The notes below the pieces were generated by a model. That model searched no databases, was not told the DNA's origin, and was given only the letters and a program-made list of their open reading frames with translations. This document shows, piece after piece, positions 55,662 through 64,000 of a stretch of 64,000 nt of DNA (position 1 is the first letter of the stretch; each line of letters starts with the position of its first letter). The stretch is from Bifidobacterium breve (GTDB lineage: Bacteria > Actinomycetota > Acidimicrobiia > Acidimicrobiales > Microtrichaceae): NCBI GenBank assembly GCA_945901935.1, contig CAMDLX010000001.1, positions 8,632 through 72,631 of the forward strand, written 5' to 3'. Made by a program: the position numbers and the translations under genes.

Positions 55662-56720
55662 ATGATTCGCCCGGATCAAGAGGTTGTTTTCGACTCTTCA
55701 GGCGTGAGTATTCACGCTAGCTTGCGCCTGCCGGACACGGACACCGCAGCAGTTCCGGGCGTGCTGATTGTTGCTGGTAGTGGACCAGTTGATCGAAATG
55801 GTTCTGTCGGGGTGCCGGGCACCCCGACAGAAATCCATATGGATCTCTACCGATGGATTTCAGATCTGTTAGCTGCTCGGGGCATCGCCTCGATTCGCTA
55901 CGACAAGATCACCTCGGGGGCCACCGGAATCGGCAGTTATAGCGAGGACCCAGCAAAGCTCGTTGCCCAGAGTTTCGACAAGATCTTTGTCGATCCGGCT
56001 CGAGCGGCTTTGGCTTATCTAGCCGAACAGCCTGGCGTTGACCCTCAGAAGCTTCTGGTCCTCGGCCATAGCGAGGGCGGCCTCATAGCCATGCTGCTTG
56101 CATCAGCAGATGCTTCTGGACCTGCGCCCGCTGGACTCATCCTTGCCGAGCCCTCGTATGCGAGATTGTTAGATGTGGTTTCTCGGCAGCTAGCTGAGCA
56201 GATTGCTCTGGCTTCGATCAGTTCTGCGGATAAGGCGGCTCTCACGGCTTGGGCTGATGCTGGCATTGATGAAATCCGAAGCAGCCCAGATCTGAGCGAA
56301 CCATCAACGCTCGCGCCTGCTCTAGCCGAGGCCGAAGGCGAGGCTCTGCAATGGCAACAGACTGTGCAGTCGATTGTTTTTGGACGGATGCGCAATGAAC
56401 TCATCAAGTCCGAAGACGCACTCATTCCCATCAACCTTGCAGCAGAGTTGAACCTTGCAGTTCTGATCACCGCTGGCACCAAAGATTTCAACACTCCGGC
56501 GTTACCCGGAGGTCTTCCTGGTTCGGGAGTTTCGGCACTCGCCGACGCAATTCCACAAGGCCTCGGAACCTATGTGGAAATCCCAAATATGACGCACATC
56601 CTTCGAGACATTGGCGAAGCGGATCCGATGCAGGTTCCCCTGCCGCAGCAGATTGAGCATCCCTACTCGAGCGAATTTGAAGAAACACTCGGGTCTTTTC
56701 TGGCCCGTTGGATCAGCTAG
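55662..56720 (+). CDS. Alpha/beta hydrolase
   Basis: AGSGPVDRNG, RYDK, GHSEGG, GTKD, MTHIL. Confidence 0.88.
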   Translation: MIRPDQEVVFDSSGVSIHASLRLPDTDTAAVPGVLIVAGSGPVDRNGSVGVPGTPTEIHMDLYRWISDLLAARGIASIRYDKITSGATGIGSYSEDPAKLVAQSFDKIFVDPARAALAYLAEQPGVDPQKLLVLGHSEGGLIAMLLASADASGPAPAGLILAEPSYARLLDVVSRQLAEQIALASISSADKAALTAWADAGIDEIRSSPDLSEPSTLAPALAEAEGEALQWQQTVQSIVFGRMRNELIKSEDALIPINLAAELNLAVLITAGTKDFNTPALPGGLPGSGVSALADAIPQGLGTYVEIPNMTHILRDIGEADPMQVPLPQQIEHPYSSEFEETLGSFLARWIS

Positions 56721-57621
56721 CGCCGTACACCGGGGTTGGAACTGCTGCCTCAGAAATCAAGTCGGCGACAACTGCGCCAACCTCTGCAGGGTCCCAGCGG
56801 GCACCCTTGTCAAAGCGTGGGCCGTGGTTATAGCCCTCGGCTAGACCGATGATGCCACCCTCGACCTCGAACACGCGACCAGTGACTGCAGCAGACTCTG
56901 CCGAACCTAACCAGACCACCAGTGGCGAGACATTTGCGGGGTCCATTGCATCAAAGGCACCTTCTTCAGCCTCGGCCATCATGTCCTTGAACGCTTCCTC
57001 GGTCATGCGGGTTCGAGCCGCTGGTGCGAGAGCGTTAGCAGTGACTCCAATCCGGCCGAGCTCTGCTGCTTGCACCAAGGTCAGGCTTGCGATTGCACCC
57101 TTGGCCGCCGAGTAGGCAGCCTGAGCAATTGACCCCATGAGGCCAGCACCAGAGGACGTATTGATAATGCGCGCATCTACGGTTTCACCGGCCTTGGATT
57201 TTGCTCTCCAGTAACTCGCCGCATGGCGTGCTGGGGCGGCGTGGCCCAACACATGAACTCGCAAAACTGCTTCCCACTCGGCCTGCTCGGAGTTGACGAA
57301 CATGCGGTCACGCACGATCCCAGCGTTATTCACTATGACGTCAAGACCTCCAAAGGTATCGATGGCAAGTTGCACCATCTCCCCTGCTGAATCCCAATCG
57401 GCCACATCATGGCCTGAAGTAATGGCCGAACCACCCGATGCAATGATCTCGTCAACTACTGACTGAGCGGGTGTATCAGAGGGGTCCGAGCCGTCTTGGG
57501 CCACCCCAAGGTCATTCACGACCACCGAAGCTCCTTGTCGAGCAAACTCAAGTGCATGCTCGCGACCGATTCCTCGGCCTGATCCAGTAATGATGACTAC
57601 ACGACCGTCGCAAATGCCCAT
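56713..57621 (-). CDS. SDR oxidoreductase (Rv3548c-like)
   Basis: TGSGRGIG, VVVNDLG, NNAGIVRD, YSAAK, ARTRMT. Confidence 0.9.
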   Translation of the reverse strand: MGICDGRVVIITGSGRGIGREHALEFARQGASVVVNDLGVAQDGSDPSDTPAQSVVDEIIASGGSAITSGHDVADWDSAGEMVQLAIDTFGGLDVIVNNAGIVRDRMFVNSEQAEWEAVLRVHVLGHAAPARHAASYWRAKSKAGETVDARIINTSSGAGLMGSIAQAAYSAAKGAIASLTLVQAAELGRIGVTANALAPAARTRMTEEAFKDMMAEAEEGAFDAMDPANVSPLVVWLGSAESAAVTGRVFEVEGGIIGLAEGYNHGPRFDKGARWDPAEVGAVVADLISEAAVPTPVYGAS

Positions 57622-57823
57622 AGAGAGAATCTGACACCTCAGGAGCTACTGACACAAACTGCAAGTGCAGAGAATTTGCTTGAAGTAACAACCACTACCG
57701 AGCATCTGCATGTGGCTAGAGTGTTTTCGCTGCAGGTTTCCTGCATGCATCACCCGTCTATCCTCCCTCCCCCGCCGGTGTCCCCCCCGGCGTCCATCCC
57801 CTGACAAGAAAGGTGACTAACCC

Positions 57824-58066
57824 ATGCCTGTGCCGCTGATTATCTTCGTCGCAGCTGTCTTGATGTTGAGTTGCCTGTTTGTTGGTGCCACTTGGGGTAT
57901 TCGCGTGGGCCGTACCGAAGGCCTTGCCGCTGCACGTGCACTCACCCAAGAAAACTGGGTAGACCTTCTAGAAGTGTCCGTGAACTTGCAACAGGCGCGA
58001 TCGGCTGCGGTGGACCCGCTATCAGTGCAGGCTGCGCCCAAGGCCCTTCAGCCTCCGACCAGCTGA
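57824..58066 (+). CDS. Small single-TM hypothetical protein
   Basis: GAAAGG RBS upstream of ATG; hydrophobic N-terminus. Confidence 0.55.
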   Translation: MPVPLIIFVAAVLMLSCLFVGATWGIRVGRTEGLAAARALTQENWVDLLEVSVNLQQARSAAVDPLSVQAAPKALQPPTS

Positions 58067-58137
58067 CAGAGGAGCGTTGAGAGAGGCTGGCTCGGGGTGA
58101 TCTAGCCTGAGCGCTCAACGCAAACTCAGGGAGTTTC

Positions 58138-58983
58138 ATGCGCTTTGGCGTCACAATCTTTGCCACAGATCAGTCAATGGGCGTGGCTGAACTCGCCCGT
58201 GCGGCAGAGGATCGTGGGTTCGATTCACTCTGGGTTCCGGAACACACACACATTCCGACCTCGCGGCGCACTCCCCCACCCACCGGTTCAGCGGTGCTTG
58301 ATGAGGAGTACAAGCGGACAGTAGATCCCTTGATCTCATTGGCAGCAGCGGCTGCAGTGACTTCAAAAATCCGGCTCGGCACGGGCGTCATGCTGCCTGC
58401 CCAACGCGAGCCGCTCGTCACGGCCAAGGCAATCGCAACACTGCAGAACTTGTCAGCTGGTCGATTCGAGTTCGGGGTCGGCTTTGGTTGGAACGAAGAC
58501 GAGATGGCAGACCATGGCGTGGCCTATCGAACGAGACGAGCCCACGCACGAGAGCACATGCTCGCGATGCAAGAACTCTGGAATAACGATGTCGCATCCT
58601 TTCAGGGTGAGCATGTCAACTTTGCCGACACATGGTCTTGGCCAAAGCCCGAGGTGTCCGTTCCCGTGCTGATTGGTGGCGGAGCAGGACCAAAGATGTT
58701 TGCTCATATCGCTGAATACGCGAACGGGTGGATTCCAATCGGAGGAGCCGGCCTTGGGGAATCAATCCCGAAATTCCTAGCTGCAGTAGAACAGGCTGGC
58801 CGAGACCCGCAGACCATGCGCGTGGTCCCGTTTGGGTCACATCCAACAGCTGAGAAGCTGAACCATTTTGCCTCCATCGGCGTGAGCGAGTGCGTCTTCC
58901 GCCTTCCCTCCGCACCGCAAGCTCAGGTCATGGAAGTTCTCGATCAGCAGGCAGTCCTGATTCAAGACTGGATAGCTGTCTAG
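58138..58983 (+). CDS. F420-dependent LLM-class oxidoreductase
   Basis: GFDSLWVPEHTH, RLGTGV, GRFEFGVGFGWN, WPKP. Confidence 0.9.
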   Translation: MRFGVTIFATDQSMGVAELARAAEDRGFDSLWVPEHTHIPTSRRTPPPTGSAVLDEEYKRTVDPLISLAAAAAVTSKIRLGTGVMLPAQREPLVTAKAIATLQNLSAGRFEFGVGFGWNEDEMADHGVAYRTRRAHAREHMLAMQELWNNDVASFQGEHVNFADTWSWPKPEVSVPVLIGGGAGPKMFAHIAEYANGWIPIGGAGLGESIPKFLAAVEQAGRDPQTMRVVPFGSHPTAEKLNHFASIGVSECVFRLPSAPQAQVMEVLDQQAVLIQDWIAV

Positions 58984-59032
58984 GATTCAGGTCGGTTCAG
59001 CACGCAGCAGCCGAAGAGAGCAAGGAATCCTT

Positions 59033-59302
59033 ATGCCCGATATGCCAAGCAAAAAAGAGCTTCGCAAAGGTCCAGACGACCACGGCTTTCAGTTGAATAT
59101 GCGAGCAGTAGTTGGCGGCATTATCGCTATTGCGTTAGTCGCATTTATTGCCGGAAACAGCCAAGACGCAAAGGTTCAATTTCTTTTCTTCAGCGCAACC
59201 ATGCCGCTTTGGATTGTCCTAACAGGCACAGCGTTCCTTGGTGCAGCCGTTGGCGCATTACTCACTCAACGCCGGCAGCGTCGCAAGCAGCGCAACGCCT
59301 AG
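59033..59302 (+). CDS. LapA-domain small membrane protein
   Basis: TM-FIAGNSQ..KVQFLF....PLW-TM-RRR pattern. Confidence 0.75.
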   Translation: MPDMPSKKELRKGPDDHGFQLNMRAVVGGIIAIALVAFIAGNSQDAKVQFLFFSATMPLWIVLTGTAFLGAAVGALLTQRRQRRKQRNA

Positions 59303-59306
59303 AGAC

Positions 59307-60134
59307 CTAGGCGCTTGGAGGCATCCAGTGCCCCGAGTTCACCGGCAAGGCAGTGCCAGTCACACAAGAAGCCAGCGGCGAAGCGAAGAACACCACTGCA
59401 CCGGCAATCTCTGAGGAGTGCGGCAAGTACCCAAGAGCAGTCTCGGCTGCGCGCTCATCGTAGATTTCTTGCCAGGTCGCACCCCCGCCACGTTCCTCGG
59501 CCTGCCATTCAAAGTAGATCTTTACGCTGTCCCCCCAGATGTAACCAGGGTGAACCGCGTTGACTCGAATGCCGTACTCGCCAAGTTCAATAGCCAGGGT
59601 CTTGGTAACAGCACCAAGCGCAGCCTTTGAGCCAGCGTACGAACCTGCCTTCGCTTCAAGGTCATGCACAGACATGGTGTTAATCATCACAATGCGTGCA
59701 TCCCCAGTGCGCGCCGACGCAGTCTTGAGCAGCGGCAGCATTGCCTGGGTGAGTTGCAGCGTTCCGAAGTAATTAATGTCGACTGGCCTCCGCCAACGTT
59801 GCAGATCCGCATCTTCAAACTTGACGTGTTCTCCGCCGTGGAACGCAGAGTTGATCAGGATGTCGATACCTGTTCTCCCTGAATCGAGTTGCGCCACCGC
59901 AGCCTCAGCCTCTTGTGCAATTCGCAGACAATCCTCGGCCTTGGCGATGTTTCCGTACACTGCGAAAGCGCGTCGCCCAAGCGCCTCAATTTCTTCCAGA
60001 ACTCCAGGAACCACCTTCTCGGAGCGGGCAACCAAAACGACGTCCGCCCCTTCCTTTGCCAACCCGAGCGAAATGTCTCGTCCCATCCCCGGGCCGATTC
60101 CCGTTACGAGCGCTGTCTTTCCTTCAAGCATCAT
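59307..60134 (-). CDS. SDR family oxidoreductase
   Basis: TGIGPGMG, YAGSK, HPGYIWG. Confidence 0.9.
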   Translation of the reverse strand: MMLEGKTALVTGIGPGMGRDISLGLAKEGADVVLVARSEKVVPGVLEEIEALGRRAFAVYGNIAKAEDCLRIAQEAEAAVAQLDSGRTGIDILINSAFHGGEHVKFEDADLQRWRRPVDINYFGTLQLTQAMLPLLKTASARTGDARIVMINTMSVHDLEAKAGSYAGSKAALGAVTKTLAIELGEYGIRVNAVHPGYIWGDSVKIYFEWQAEERGGGATWQEIYDERAAETALGYLPHSSEIAGAVVFFASPLASCVTGTALPVNSGHWMPPSA

Positions 60135-60163
60135 GTGATTCTCTCTTTTGTGGGTTGCAGCAG

Positions 60164-61393
60164 TTAGGAACGCTTGGTCTGCGTCCATGGCACGTCACGA
60201 TCAAGGGCTGGTTCGCGAGGCAGGCCAAGGGCTTGTTCACCAAGATTATTTCGGTGCACCTCTTCGGTGCCGCCGCCAATGCGCGAGGCAAACTGATTCA
60301 GACACTGGTACTGCCAGAAGCCATCACCTTCGGCATCATGCCAGAGCATCCCCTCGGGGCCTTCGAGTTCAACTGCCAAATTCACTCGATGAGCGAGTGA
60401 ACGGGTAAAGAAGTTCTTGAGTAGCGACCCGTGCAGAGCTAACTCCCTACGGCCTGTCATCACTGCGGTTTGGGTTCGCCAGCTCATCCATTTGAGCACC
60501 TGCTCATTGGTCCACACTTTGGCGAGTTCTTGGCGAAGGACTGCGTCCTCGGTCCGCTCAAGTCGTCGGGCAGTGGAGAGCACGGCTGCAAAGTTTGTGG
60601 CCTGCCCCGCTCCCGAGATCATGGAACTTTCGCTACGCAACGTGGTTCGGGCGACCTTCCAACCATCGCCGACTTCGCCGACCAAGTTTGCTTCGGGTAT
60701 CCGGAGGTCCGAGAAGAACACCTCATTGAAGTGCGCCACTCCCTGGGCTTGAATTAGCGGGCGAATGTCTATCCCTGCTGAGCGCATATCCACGATGAAG
60801 TACGACAGGCCTTCATGCTTTGGCAGTTCAGGATTGGTTCTGGCGATCAGAATTCCAAAATCTGCATGCTGTGCACTTGAGGTCCACACCTTCTGCCCGT
60901 TGACGACCCATTCCTCCCCGTCAAGAACTGCCCGCGTTGCAAGTGCTGCCAAGTCCGATCCCGCTCCCGGCTCAGAGAAGAGCTGACACCAAGATTCTTC
61001 TCCAGAGAGAAGGGGTGCCAAATAGCGTTCTTGCTGAGCCGCAGAACCGTGCTGCATCAACGTGGGACCGACCAAGGCCTGCGCTGCAGTTAAGAATCCA
61101 GAGGTTGCGTCATAAGCGGCGAGTTCCTGCCCAAAAATGATTTGCTGAGCTGCCCCTAAACCGCGACCTCCAAACTGAGTCGGCCAGGTAAGCCCTGCCC
61201 AGCCCGAGTCGAACAGCAGCTTCTGCCAAGCATGACAACGTTTCCGATACTCCTCGGCAAGAGTCGGATCGTTTGCGGCACCGTTACGAGACCAATCTCG
61301 GTCATCGCCACGTCGCAACTCGGCATTGGCGGATAGGAACGTTTGCACTTCCTCTCGGAAGGATGCGAGGTCGGGAGAGTCTTGGAAATCCAC
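60164..61393 (-). CDS. Acyl-CoA dehydrogenase
   Basis: WCQLFSEPGAGSDLA, NGQKVWTS, FNEVF, RIGGGTEEVHRN. Confidence 0.93.
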   Translation of the reverse strand: MDFQDSPDLASFREEVQTFLSANAELRRGDDRDWSRNGAANDPTLAEEYRKRCHAWQKLLFDSGWAGLTWPTQFGGRGLGAAQQIIFGQELAAYDATSGFLTAAQALVGPTLMQHGSAAQQERYLAPLLSGEESWCQLFSEPGAGSDLAALATRAVLDGEEWVVNGQKVWTSSAQHADFGILIARTNPELPKHEGLSYFIVDMRSAGIDIRPLIQAQGVAHFNEVFFSDLRIPEANLVGEVGDGWKVARTTLRSESSMISGAGQATNFAAVLSTARRLERTEDAVLRQELAKVWTNEQVLKWMSWRTQTAVMTGRRELALHGSLLKNFFTRSLAHRVNLAVELEGPEGMLWHDAEGDGFWQYQCLNQFASRIGGGTEEVHRNNLGEQALGLPREPALDRDVPWTQTKRS

Positions 61394-61395
61394 CC

Positions 61396-61412
61396 TCTGA
61401 GAGTACGTCAGA
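61396..61412. promoter_or_regulatory. Degenerate operator TCTGAGA-GTA-CGTCAGA
   Basis: 12/14 arm positions match the motif; directly upstream of the ACAD GTG start at 61393. Confidence 0.55.
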
Positions 61413-61441
61413 AAACTGGAACAGGTTCCAGTTTGGCGGAC

Positions 61442-62146
61442 CTACTCCTGAGAGCCAACCACGGCAATAGCAATTCCGAGCAGCCGCGCTCGGTCTGCAA
61501 TCTCTTCAACGGGGTCAATTGCACGAGCAATCTCGTTGAAAATCCATCGAGCCACCCAGCGCCGCATCACGATTGTCCGCTCCACTCTGGGAGCACCCGA
61601 TGATGAAATCCACCGGGCTAGTTGTGTAGCCGCGTCAATCGGCTGCGGGCCTGCCAAGGCATCCTGCTGGCCAAGCTGCAGCACTGCAACATCTGCTCCG
61701 TCAATCCACATCTGTGCCAAACACTGATCCAAGAAGCCCATCGAGTCGCTCTGCGCCGAGGCGAGAACCACGAACTCATGATCTGATTTTTCAACGGCTC
61801 GGGCAACCCCAAGAAGTTGGCCTCCGGGAGCTTCGCTGAGGATCTGATGCACGACATCGGACCTCTGAAGCCGCGCTTGACTCAGGCCTGCAATGGCAGG
61901 TTCCGTTGAATCAAAAGCGAACAGCTCAAGGCGTGCTCCCGTGGCCTGCCATGAACTAGCAGCGCTCAAGAGCGAATCGTTTACAGGGTCGGTTCCCGTC
62001 AGGATCACCGACATACTCGGCCGGACTGCAGTGGCCCGCTGCAAGAGCGTGCTCACTCTGGCGGAGTGAGCGTTACGCAGCAAGAGCCGAGTGACCGATG
62101 GGTCACTGATCTCTGCAGAGGGGAGGAGGGGCTCGAGAGTCGACAT
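61442..62146 (-). CDS. Hypothetical protein, possibly degenerate GT-A (GT2) fold
   Basis: GGQLLGVARAVEKSDHEFVVL...DGADVAV resembles the GT2 core but has no DxD; start approximate. Confidence 0.5.
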   Translation of the reverse strand: MSTLEPLLPSAEISDPSVTRLLLRNAHSARVSTLLQRATAVRPSMSVILTGTDPVNDSLLSAASSWQATGARLELFAFDSTEPAIAGLSQARLQRSDVVHQILSEAPGGQLLGVARAVEKSDHEFVVLASAQSDSMGFLDQCLAQMWIDGADVAVLQLGQQDALAGPQPIDAATQLARWISSSGAPRVERTIVMRRWVARWIFNEIARAIDPVEEIADRARLLGIAIAVVGSQE

Positions 62147-62336
62147 AAGTGTGTGAGGTACAGCGGGGTGAGATGCTTCTTGCTGGGATAGAGCGGTGCA
62201 AGGAGTTAGGTGCTGCTGCATATGTATCGGCCGCCGTTGAGCGAACCTGAATATTTTATGAAGCAGCATCCAATTCAGCATTTACAACTAATGTCATTTC
62301 TCACTCTGTTCACTACAGCCCACTTCAGGAACCTCT

Positions 62337-63257
62337 GTGCCCCCACCACTCTTCATCGTCGGAACTGCTCGAAGTGGAACGAGCTGGGCATTTGACTTGA
62401 TTGCCTCACACCCGGACATGTCGATGGGATTCGAATCCAAACTCCCTCTCGAGGGTGCAGAGCTGTACCGGCAGTTCGGCAATCTCAGCAGCAAAGAGGA
62501 CCTGCTCAGACTTTTTTCCGAGCTACAAGGTCAGATCAACGACCCTATGAACGAGGAGTTGTACCGACTGCTCGATCAGCCCTCGGTGCTCTCAGCCGCA
62601 TGGGAGGCACATCAGTCTGCGCCAGGCTGGGCTGCAATCTGCGAGTCGATTTATTGCTCGTTGGACTCGACGAACCATTGGGGCAATAAGTCGCTTCGCA
62701 TTGAGACCACCCCAGACCTACTGAAGCTCTGGCCAGATGCCCGCTTTATTGTGCTCACCCGAGACCCGCGAGCAGTTGTTGCCTCTCAAGAGGTCAAGTT
62801 CGATACCTCAATCCCGTACAGCGCCACGTATTGGCTTACTCACGCCGAGTGGGTGCTCAATCGAATCGGAGATGACAAGCGCTTCTTGGTAGTCGACCTC
62901 ACCGAGATGGCCACTGATCCGCGTCCGACCCTTGAATGGGCATTCTCGCAGACAGGGCTGGATTGCGAGCCCATCGAGGCACTCATCGCCGATCACCCAG
63001 GAGACCCGCAGCGCCTAGAAAAATGGCGCGGCTCGCTGTCGCCTGAGCGCCAACGCGAGGTTGAGGAATACTGCTTCGCCCCGATGACACGCCTTGGTTA
63101 CCGACCAGAACTGGCAACGAAACACCGAGAGATCGGCAAGCTACGGCGGCTATGGCTTGTGGCTACCTTCCATGGGCGGGAACTACTCAAAGACCCGGGC
63201 AGCATTCGTCGTAAGCGGGTTTTCAAGCGGCTTGGTGCCGTGCTCGGAATCGGCTAA
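62337..63257 (+). CDS. PAPS-dependent sulfotransferase family protein
   Basis: FIVGTARSGTS (5'-PSB loop), WPDARFIVLTRDPRAVVAS (3'-PB). Confidence 0.88.
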   Translation: MPPPLFIVGTARSGTSWAFDLIASHPDMSMGFESKLPLEGAELYRQFGNLSSKEDLLRLFSELQGQINDPMNEELYRLLDQPSVLSAAWEAHQSAPGWAAICESIYCSLDSTNHWGNKSLRIETTPDLLKLWPDARFIVLTRDPRAVVASQEVKFDTSIPYSATYWLTHAEWVLNRIGDDKRFLVVDLTEMATDPRPTLEWAFSQTGLDCEPIEALIADHPGDPQRLEKWRGSLSPERQREVEEYCFAPMTRLGYRPELATKHREIGKLRRLWLVATFHGRELLKDPGSIRRKRVFKRLGAVLGIG

Positions 63258-63268
63258 TTCGACAGCTT

Positions 63269-64000
63269 CTAGAGTCGCTCGATGATGGTGACGTTTGCTT
63301 GGCCGCCACCCTCACACATGGTTTGAAGCCCATAGCGGCCACCAGTGCGCTCAAGCTCATTCAGCAAGGTCGTCATCAATCGAGCACCAGTGGCGCCAAG
63401 TGGGTGTCCGAGTGCAATCGCCCCACCGTTGACGTTCACCTTTGCCAAGTCGACATCAAGTTCCTTGGCCCAAGCCAGCACGACAGGTGCAAATGCTTCG
63501 TTGATTTCGACGAGGTCAATGTCATCCATGGTCATACCCGCCTTAGCAAGGGCATATCGGGTTGCTGGAATCGGCGCAGACAGCATGCGGATCGGGTCTT
63601 CGCCACGCACTGACAGGTGATGAATGCGCGCACGCGGCTTGAGGCCGTACTGCTCGACAGCACGCTCAGATGCCACGAGCATGGCCGCTGCACCGTCAGA
63701 GATTTGAGAGGCGAGCGCAGCAGTAATCCTGCCGCCCTCGGTCAAGGGTGCCAGAGAACGAATTTTTTCTAGGTTCGGCTCACGTGGGCCCTCATCTTGA
63801 GTGATCTCACCAAATGGCGTGATCTGCGAGTCAAAGCGGCCTTCGGCGCGTGCAAGAATCGCTCGCTCGTGAGACTGCACAGCAAACTCTTCCATCTGCT
63901 CCCGAGTGATATCGAAATCTGTGGCAATCATTTCGGCACCGTAGAACTGATCCACAGGAAGGTTGCCATAGCGCTTGACCCACCCCTCGGAACCAGAGAA
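63269..64000 (-). CDS. Thiolase, FadA6-like (5' part outside window)
   Basis: SQISDGA, EINEAFAPV, GGAIALGHPLGATG, QTMCEGGGQAN. Confidence 0.92.
   Translation of the reverse strand, partial: FSGSEGWVKRYGNLPVDQFYGAEMIATDFDITREQMEEFAVQSHERAILARAEGRFDSQITPFGEITQDEGPREPNLEKIRSLAPLTEGGRITAALASQISDGAAAMLVASERAVEQYGLKPRARIHHLSVRGEDPIRMLSAPIPATRYALAKAGMTMDDIDLVEINEAFAPVVLAWAKELDVDLAKVNVNGGAIALGHPLGATGARLMTTLLNELERTGGRYGLQTMCEGGGQANVTIIERL

Noticed and set aside
57629-57660. TCTGACA half-site upstream of the SDR
   Set aside because: No second arm at the correct spacing; looks more like an 18-bp duplication of CTGACAC.

Overview
A 64-kb chromosomal segment of a moderately GC-rich actinobacterium. Gene content (F420-dependent LLM oxidoreductases, Rpf, SepX/GlpR-like gene beside tRNA-Ala) suggests Acidimicrobiia; this is an inference. 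Both ends carry acyl-CoA/steroid-type catabolic clusters: FadD3-, FadE30/IpdE1-, IpdF- and FadA6-like genes, CaiB transferases, MaoC hydratases and SDRs. The middle has housekeeping and envelope genes (moaC, galU, map, tldD plus two pmbA/tldE, dxs, nfuA-like, ABC-F, mutM), an MBOAT/SGNH O-acyltransferase pair, a disrupted OatA-like gene, tRNA-Ala(CGC) with a mazEF-type islet, and two coiled-coil cell-wall hydrolases. Best leads: (1) a 17-bp palindrome TCTGACG-N3-CGTCAGA upstream of four catabolic operons, unlike the mycobacterial KstR/KstR2 boxes, probably a distinct TetR regulon; (2) an orphan ParA translationally coupled to a small tail-anchored protein and followed by an Rpf lytic transglycosylase, a candidate positioning system; (3) recurrent 15-18-bp degenerate tandem duplications at gene boundaries. 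No CRISPR array, rRNA, integrase or transposase was recognised. All calls come from reading motifs by eye, with no database search.
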